The position numbers and the translations under genes were made by a program. A stretch of DNA of 64,000 nt from an uncultured Candidatus Rokubacteria bacterium (lineage in GTDB: Bacteria; Methylomirabilota; Methylomirabilia; Rokubacteriales; DASRDR01), in contig CAWGVS010000011.1 of NCBI GenBank assembly GCA_963826115.1, forward strand, positions 1 to 64,000, written 5' to 3'. Below are positions 58,217 through 64,000 of this stretch, in pieces. The stretch's first letter is position 1. Every line of letters starts with the position of its first letter. The notes beneath the pieces were generated by a model. It was not told where the DNA came from, did not search any database, and saw only the letters and a list, made by a program, of their open reading frames with translations.

Positions 58217-60643
58217 GTGAGCCTCCCGCGGTTCGTCGCGATCCACGGTCACTTCTACCAGCCTCCCCGCGAGAGCCCCTGGCTCGAGCGCATCGAGATC
58301 CAGGACTCCGCGGCGCCGTATCACGACTGGAACGCGCGTGTCACTGCGGAGTCCTATGCCCCGAACATTGCCGCGCGCCGGGTCGACGCGCGGAACCGCA
58401 TCGTGGACGTCGTCGACAACTTCGCCTCGCTCGCCTTCGACGTCGGCCCGACGCTCATGTCCTGGCTCGAGCACGAGCGCGTCGATGTCTACCGCGCGAT
58501 CCTGGATGCCGATACGGCGAGCCGCCGGGCTCTCGGCCACGGCAACGCGATCGCCCAGGCGTACGGGCACGCGATCCTGCCTCTCTGCAGCCGGCGCGAC
58601 AAGGTCACACAGGTCCGATGGGGGCTCGCGGACTTCCGGCACCGATTCGGTCGCGAGCCGGAGGGGATGTGGCTTCCCGAGACGGCGGTGGACCAGGAGA
58701 CGCTGGAGGTCTTGGCCGAGGAGGGCGTGCGCTTCACGCTCCTGGCGCCGGGCCAGGCCGCCGCCGTGCGAGAGCCCGCGGGCGAGTGGCAGCCCGGGTC
58801 CGTGGCCCTGGACCCGCGCCGAGCGTACCGCTGCGTGCTCGGATCGGGTCGAGAAGTCGCGCTCTTCTTCTACGACGGAGGGGTGTCACACGCGATCGCG
58901 TTCGAAGGCGTCCTGCGCTCGGGCGATGCGCTGGCGACGCGGCTCCTGGGCGCGTTCGACGAGGGCCCGCACGCGCAGCTGGTTCACGTGGCGACCGACG
59001 GCGAGACCTACGGGCACCACCACCGGTTCGGCGAGATGGCGCTGGCGGCCGCATGCGCCCGGATCCGCGAGAGCGGCGGCGCCGTCCTGACCAATCACGC
59101 GGCCTTCCTGGCCGCCCACCCGCCGACGATGGAGGTGCGGGTGGTCGAGGGGTCGTCCTGGAGCTGCGCACACGGGGTGGAGCGGTGGCGCGCGGACTGC
59201 GGCTGCCGGGCCGGGCGTCACGCGGGATGGACCCAGGGATGGCGTGGGCCCCTCCGGGAGACGCTCGACTGGCTGGCGGACGCCGTCGACTCGCTCTACG
59301 AGGCGCGCGCGGCCGCCGTCCTCAAGGACCCATGGGCCGCGCGGGACGCCTACGTGACCGTCATCCTCGACCGCGGCCCCGCCTCGGTGGACGCCTACCT
59401 CGAGCGCCATGCGCTCCGCCCGCTGGACGCGGCCGGGCGTGTCCTGGCGCTTCGATGCCTCGAGCTCCAGCGTCACCGCCTTCTCATGTACACCTCCTGC
59501 GGCTGGTTCTTCGACGAGATCTCGGGCATCGAGACCGTCCAGGTGCTTCGCTATGCCGCGCGCGTGCTGCAGCTGGCGCGCGCCCTCGGAGGTGACCAGG
59601 GCCTCGAGACGGAGATGATCCGACGTCTCGCGGCCGCGCCGTCGAATGTCGCGGAGCTCCGGGACGGTGCGGGTGTGTGGCGGCGCCACGTCGCGCCCGC
59701 GGCGACCGATCTCGCGCGGGTGGCGGCGCACTACGCGATGGCCGGATCCTCGGAGGGCTACGGCGATGTGGCCGAGGTCCACGCGTTCCGGGCCGAGCGG
59801 CGCGGGTGGGTCCGGGTGAGCGTGAGCGAGGGGTCGCTGGCGATGGGCCGCGTGCGGGTGACGTCCCGCCTGACGACCGAGCAGGAGGAGATGGACGTCG
59901 CGGTGCTGCACGCCGCCGACGGCCGGCCTCTGTGCCGCGTCCGGACGGACGGCGACGGCGCGGCCGTCCCGGGCGCTCGGGCCGCGCTCCTTCGGGCGTT
60001 CCCCGGGCGCGATGCGGCCGGGTGGACCGGCGCGCTCGACCGGCACTTCGGCGGTCGGGCCTACGGGATCGAGGACGTCTTCCCCGACGAGCGCCGCCGG
60101 CTCCTGGCCCGTCTCACCGAGGGTGCTCTCGCGGCGCCGGAGGGGACGCGCGAGCGGGCGGACGGCGAGCGCCTGCTCCTCGAGGATCTGCGCCTCGGCG
60201 GCGGCCCACTTCCGCCGGCCGTTGTCGGCGCCGTCAGCCGCCTGGCCGCGCGCGTGCTCCGCCAGGAGCTCGCCGCCCTGGCCGCCGGCGATCCGGCCGC
60301 CGAGGGGGTGCGGCGCGTCCGCGAGCTGGTCGTGGCGCTCCGGTCGCGTGGCATCGGGCCGGCGCTGAGCCCCGAGGAAGTCGTGCCCCCCGTCGAGGCC
60401 GCTCTCGCGCGCGCGTTCGGCGCGCTCGCGACGGGCGTGACGCCCGTGCGTGTGGCCGACGGGCTCGCGCTGATGGGGCTCGGCACCCTGCTGGACTCGA
60501 CTCCCGATCTCTGGGGGGTTCAGAACATCGCCGCGACGCTCTGGCGGGAGAGTCCCGCCAGCACGCGGGACCTCCTGGCGCCCCTCATGGCGACGCTCGG
60601 GTTCGCGCCGGGCGCGCCTGAGACGCCGGCGGAGCGCGCGTAA
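58217..60643 (+). CDS. Glycoside hydrolase family 57 / DUF3536 protein
   Basis: IHGHFYQPPRE, HAILPL, GMWLPETAV, ATDGETYGHH, SWSCAHGVERW, MYTSCGWFFDE. Confidence 0.92.
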   Translation: MSLPRFVAIHGHFYQPPRESPWLERIEIQDSAAPYHDWNARVTAESYAPNIAARRVDARNRIVDVVDNFASLAFDVGPTLMSWLEHERVDVYRAILDADTASRRALGHGNAIAQAYGHAILPLCSRRDKVTQVRWGLADFRHRFGREPEGMWLPETAVDQETLEVLAEEGVRFTLLAPGQAAAVREPAGEWQPGSVALDPRRAYRCVLGSGREVALFFYDGGVSHAIAFEGVLRSGDALATRLLGAFDEGPHAQLVHVATDGETYGHHHRFGEMALAAACARIRESGGAVLTNHAAFLAAHPPTMEVRVVEGSSWSCAHGVERWRADCGCRAGRHAGWTQGWRGPLRETLDWLADAVDSLYEARAAAVLKDPWAARDAYVTVILDRGPASVDAYLERHALRPLDAAGRVLALRCLELQRHRLLMYTSCGWFFDEISGIETVQVLRYAARVLQLARALGGDQGLETEMIRRLAAAPSNVAELRDGAGVWRRHVAPAATDLARVAAHYAMAGSSEGYGDVAEVHAFRAERRGWVRVSVSEGSLAMGRVRVTSRLTTEQEEMDVAVLHAADGRPLCRVRTDGDGAAVPGARAALLRAFPGRDAAGWTGALDRHFGGRAYGIEDVFPDERRRLLARLTEGALAAPEGTRERADGERLLLEDLRLGGGPLPPAVVGAVSRLAARVLRQELAALAAGDPAAEGVRRVRELVVALRSRGIGPALSPEEVVPPVEAALARAFGALATGVTPVRVADGLALMGLGTLLDSTPDLWGVQNIAATLWRESPASTRDLLAPLMATLGFAPGAPETPAERA

Positions 60644-60644
60644 C

Positions 60645-61436
60645 GTGGGCGGCCCGGGACCCAGCCGGCCGGCAGATCTCCGGGGCCAGGTGGCCTGGTC
60701 ACCGGGGGCGCGCGCGGGATCGGTCGCGCGTCCGCGGCCACCCTCGCCCGGGCGGGCGCCGACGTCGCCGTGGCGGACCTCCTCGCCACGGGGGAGGCCG
60801 AGGCCGCGATCGCGTCCACCGGACGGCGGGTCCTCGGCGTCTCCCTGGACGTGACCGACGCCGAGGCGGTGGCGGCGACGGTCGATCGCGTCGTGAAGAC
60901 GCTGGGGCGCCTCGACATTCTCGTGACCGCGGCGGGGATCATCCACCGGGACCCGCTCGAGGAGACCACGGCCGCCGTCTGGCGGCGGGTCGTCGAGGTC
61001 GTGCTGACGGGCACCTTCCACGCGATCCAGGCCGCGGTGCCCGTGATGCGCGCCCAGGGCTACGGAAAGATCGTGACGATCTCGTCCATCTCCGGGATCG
61101 TGGGGGGCGCGGTCTCGCGCGTGGCCGAGAGCGCCGACGCCCGCGCGCGGTCGCTCGGGCCCGGCCTACGCCGCCGCCAAGGGCGGCGTGATCGCGCTGA
61201 CGCGCTGGGTCGCGAAGGACGTGGGACAGAGCGGCATCTACGTCAACAGCGTCGCCCCCGGCGGTGTGGACACCGACATGACGCGCGGGTATGCCTATCC
61301 CGTGGACGCCCTGCCGCTCGCCCGGATGGGCACGCCGGAGGACGTCGCGGAAGCCGTTCTCTTCCTCGCGTCGCCCGCGTCGAACTACGTGACCGGGCAG
61401 GTCCTGCGCGTCGACGGTGGCTGGACGATCGGGTAG
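60645..61436 (+). CDS. SDR family oxidoreductase (FabG-like) with two apparent compensating frameshifts (near 60695 and 61148)
   Basis: Reconstructed GQVA[L]VTGGARGIG...LDILVTAAG...ISS...YAAAKGG...NSVAPG...FLAS..YVTGQVLRVDGG spread over three frame segments. Confidence 0.8.
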
Positions 61437-61457
61437 GGGTAGGGGAGGGGACGGCCG

Positions 61458-61655
61458 ATGCTGATCATCATTGCGCACCGGATCCTGATCGGAACCGCGA
61501 TCTGTTTCGGGATCTTCTATACGATCTGGGAGGCGCTCGCCTATCGCGGGAGCGGCGAGACGCTCCACCTCGTGATCGCCGCCCTCAGCGCCGTCATCAC
61601 GCTCGCCCTGGGGTACTACCTGAAGAACCTGCGCCGGTTCGTCAGCCACCCGTAG
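61458..61655 (+). CDS. Small hypothetical membrane protein (65 aa)
   Basis: Two hydrophobic helices; GGAGG RBS. Confidence 0.6.
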   Translation: MLIIIAHRILIGTAICFGIFYTIWEALAYRGSGETLHLVIAALSAVITLALGYYLKNLRRFVSHP

Positions 61656-61933
61656 CGTCCGGCTCCGCGTCCCGCGCCCGTCCCGCTCCCTGCGCCGTGA
61701 TGCCCGCACCCTCCGGCGGCGACGCTGGACGGACCCACTAACCAGCCAGCCAAGGGGGAGGGCCACCCCGCCGCCCCGAGCCAGCCGCGACGCCACCCGG
61801 CATTGCGCGTCCCGGATCCCGTTGCCCACCAGCGCCCCGAGGGGCCTGCGGCGCTCGCGGCGCCCGGCAGGAGCTGGGTCGCCGGGAGCGTGGGGTGGCG
61901 ATCGAGGAGCCGCCGCGTTCGCGGGGGCGCGGG

Positions 61934-62758
61934 CTAGTTCAGCGAGGCGAGCGCCTGGCGAAGGGCGCGGAGCCGGCCCTTCACCTCTTCTGCGTCGGGA
62001 GCTCCGGGCGCCCGCTGGAGGTACGCTTCCCAGTCCCGCACGGCGGCCGCGCCCTGGCCGAGCCGGGCGTGGAGCGTGCCGCGGTCCCGGAGCTCCTCGA
62101 TCGCGTCGGGCGCGAGCAGGACGATCCGCTCCACCGCGGCCATGGCGCGCGGCCAGTCGCCCAGCGCGGTGTAGATCGCCTTCAGGTTGCTCAGCATCCG
62201 GACGAAGACCTGCCGCGTGGTGACGGGCGCCAGCCACCGCGGGTCGAGCGGCCCGCCGCCGGGCCGGACCCGGGAGACCAGTTCCTCGCACGCCGCGCGG
62301 TCGAGTAGCTGCCCACCGTGGAACGGATCGAGGAGGCGATGGCGCCCGGCGCGCTCGGCCCGCACGACGAAGTGCCCGGGCAGGCCGACGCCCGCGGCCT
62401 CGAGCCCGGCTCGCGCGGCGACGACGACGTACACGACGGACAGGGTGATCGGGATGCCGAGCCGGCGCTCGAGCACGTCGTCGAGGAAGCTGTTGCGGGG
62501 GTCGTAGTAGTCCTCGGCGTTGCCGCGGAAGCCTTCCTCCTCGAAGAGGAGCCGGGCGACGGCCGCAGCGGCGCGGTCGACGTTCATCTCCGGCGTCACG
62601 CGCTCGGCGGCGCGCCGGCCGAGGGCGTCGAGCTGCCCGAGCGCGCGCGGGACGTCGAGGTCGGGGTGCGTCTCGGCGGCGATCCAGAGCGCCCCCTCGG
62701 CGAGCGAGCGGGCGTCCTTGGTTCCGGCCAGCGCCACGAGGCGGCCGCGCGGATCCAC
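61934..62758 (-). CDS. SirB1/YchA-like protein (transglutaminase-like core + TPR)
   Basis: GFRGNAEDYYDPRNSFL..VLERRLGIPITLS, GVGLPGHF, DPF, RMLSNLK, ELRDRG. Confidence 0.9.
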   Translation of the reverse strand: MDPRGRLVALAGTKDARSLAEGALWIAAETHPDLDVPRALGQLDALGRRAAERVTPEMNVDRAAAAVARLLFEEEGFRGNAEDYYDPRNSFLDDVLERRLGIPITLSVVYVVVAARAGLEAAGVGLPGHFVVRAERAGRHRLLDPFHGGQLLDRAACEELVSRVRPGGGPLDPRWLAPVTTRQVFVRMLSNLKAIYTALGDWPRAMAAVERIVLLAPDAIEELRDRGTLHARLGQGAAAVRDWEAYLQRAPGAPDAEEVKGRLRALRQALASLN

Positions 62759-62771
62759 GACGGGCCGAAGC

Positions 62772-64000
62772 TTAGCGGATCTCTGACGCCCGCACCAGGC
62801 GGGCGCGGGGTCGGGGCAGGAGCCCCGCGAGGAAGCGGGGCTCGAGGAGCGCCCGCGGCGGCACGATGTCCCCGAGGACGCCCATGAGGCGTCCGAGGTG
62901 GGCGGGGCGGGCGGCCAGGATCCGGGCGACGGCGATCGACAGCGCCCGGCTGGCGATGACGCGCTGGAGGATCAGCGTGACGCGGGTTTTTGGCGCGAGC
63001 TCCCGCGCGTGGCGGATGTGGGCCGGCGCCAGCGCGCTCGCCGAGACGTCTCCGGCCCGCACCGCCCGCGCCCCGACCTCGGCGGCGTGCTCCGCCGAGC
63101 GGAGGGCCGCGTAGATGCCCTCGCCCGTGAAGGGATCCAGGAAGCCCGCGGCGTCGCCGACCAGGAGCACCCCGCCCGTCGAGGGAGGTGCGACCCGGTA
63201 GGCGAGCGGCCCAAGGGCGCGCACCGGCCCCATTCGCCGGGCGCCGCGGAGGCGGTCCCGGAATCCGGGCAGGGCGCGCGTCGCGGTGTCGAAGTAGCCG
63301 GCGAGATCGGCCTTGTGCCGGCGAGCGTCTTCCATCGGGATCACGAGGCTCAAGTTCGCGACGCTGTCGGCGACCGGATTCAGGATCGAGTAGGCGGGCG
63401 GGGCGAGCACGATGTCGCCCCGCTCGGGGTCGACGACGGCGCCCTCGACGTCGGCCACCAGCGCGAGACGGTGCAGCCACGGGTGCGGGCGTCTCAGGCC
63501 CAGGCGCTGGACGACCACCGAGGCCCGGCCGTCGGCCGCGACGACCAGCCGGGCCGGGAGGGTCTCGCTCCGCGCCGCGCGTGCCGCCGAGCGGACGGGT
63601 TCGGCCACCACGCCGGTCACGTGTCCGCCGTCCTGGAGGACGTCGACGACCCGGATGCTTTCCCGCACCGTCACGCCGGCGGCGCGCGCGCGCTCGACGA
63701 GGAGATGGTCGAGCGTCCGGCGCCGCGCCGCCAGGGCGTGCGGGGGCTGGCCGCGCCAGGGGCCGGCGGCGGCGTAGTCGCCGAAGAGGAGGGTGCCGTC
63801 GGGCGCGAGGACGCGCATGCCCCGGAGCGGCCGGGCGCCCTGCGCCTTCAGGGTCGAGAGGACGCCGAGGCGGTCCAGGATCCGGCTGCTCTCCGGCGAC
63901 AGGTACTCCCCGCACACCTTGTCGCGGGGGAAGCGCGCCCGATCGAGGAGGACGACCGAGAGACCCTGCTCGGCCAGAAGGATCGCGGTCGCGGCCCCCG
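62772..64000 (-). CDS. NAD(P)/FAD-dependent oxidoreductase (geranylgeranyl reductase-like), 5' end outside the window
   Basis: FPRDKVCGEYLSP, VAADG, LVGDAAGFLDPFTGEGIY.AL. Confidence 0.9.
   Translation of the reverse strand, partial: GAATAILLAEQGLSVVLLDRARFPRDKVCGEYLSPESSRILDRLGVLSTLKAQGARPLRGMRVLAPDGTLLFGDYAAAGPWRGQPPHALAARRRTLDHLLVERARAAGVTVRESIRVVDVLQDGGHVTGVVAEPVRSAARAARSETLPARLVVAADGRASVVVQRLGLRRPHPWLHRLALVADVEGAVVDPERGDIVLAPPAYSILNPVADSVANLSLVIPMEDARRHKADLAGYFDTATRALPGFRDRLRGARRMGPVRALGPLAYRVAPPSTGGVLLVGDAAGFLDPFTGEGIYAALRSAEHAAEVGARAVRAGDVSASALAPAHIRHARELAPKTRVTLILQRVIASRALSIAVARILAARPAHLGRLMGVLGDIVPPRALLEPRFLAGLLPRPRARLVRASEIR

Overview
Very GC-rich bacterial window. The gene content and a remnant of the 'ALGL...LLARADRVIE' ABC substrate-binding family suggest a Candidatus Rokubacteria/Methylomirabilota-like soil organism (inference). 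In order it holds a kdpFABC operon with a sigma54-type promoter, a sugar-type ABC system, an aldehyde dehydrogenase, a xanthine dehydrogenase-family molybdoenzyme, an ArsR-led Ehr (hydrogenase-4-like, no NiFe ligands) operon, a large membrane glycosyltransferase, and a choline-kinase-like gene with a Pot/Fbp-type ABC system. Next come an ECF sigma locus with two divergent identical promoters, a methyl/sulfur island (MTHFR, two MetE-core enzymes, a MidA-like methyltransferase, CMD, XRE-cupin, Liv ABC) and several housekeeping genes. The main hidden signal is three genes that the ORF track breaks at an in-frame TGA. Each TGA sits at a catalytic Cys position and is followed 11-12 nt later by a bacterial SECIS-like hairpin. 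They are a MerB-like organometal lyase (36890-37564), a peroxiredoxin-like UxxC protein (44024-44518) and a YncE-type beta-propeller fused to a TlpA-like UGPC domain (51788-53161). These are predicted selenoproteins clustered within about 16 kb of sulfur/methyl-transfer genes. Three other genes carry single-base frameshifts that are probably sequencing errors. No rRNA, tRNA, CRISPR array or transposase was recognised.
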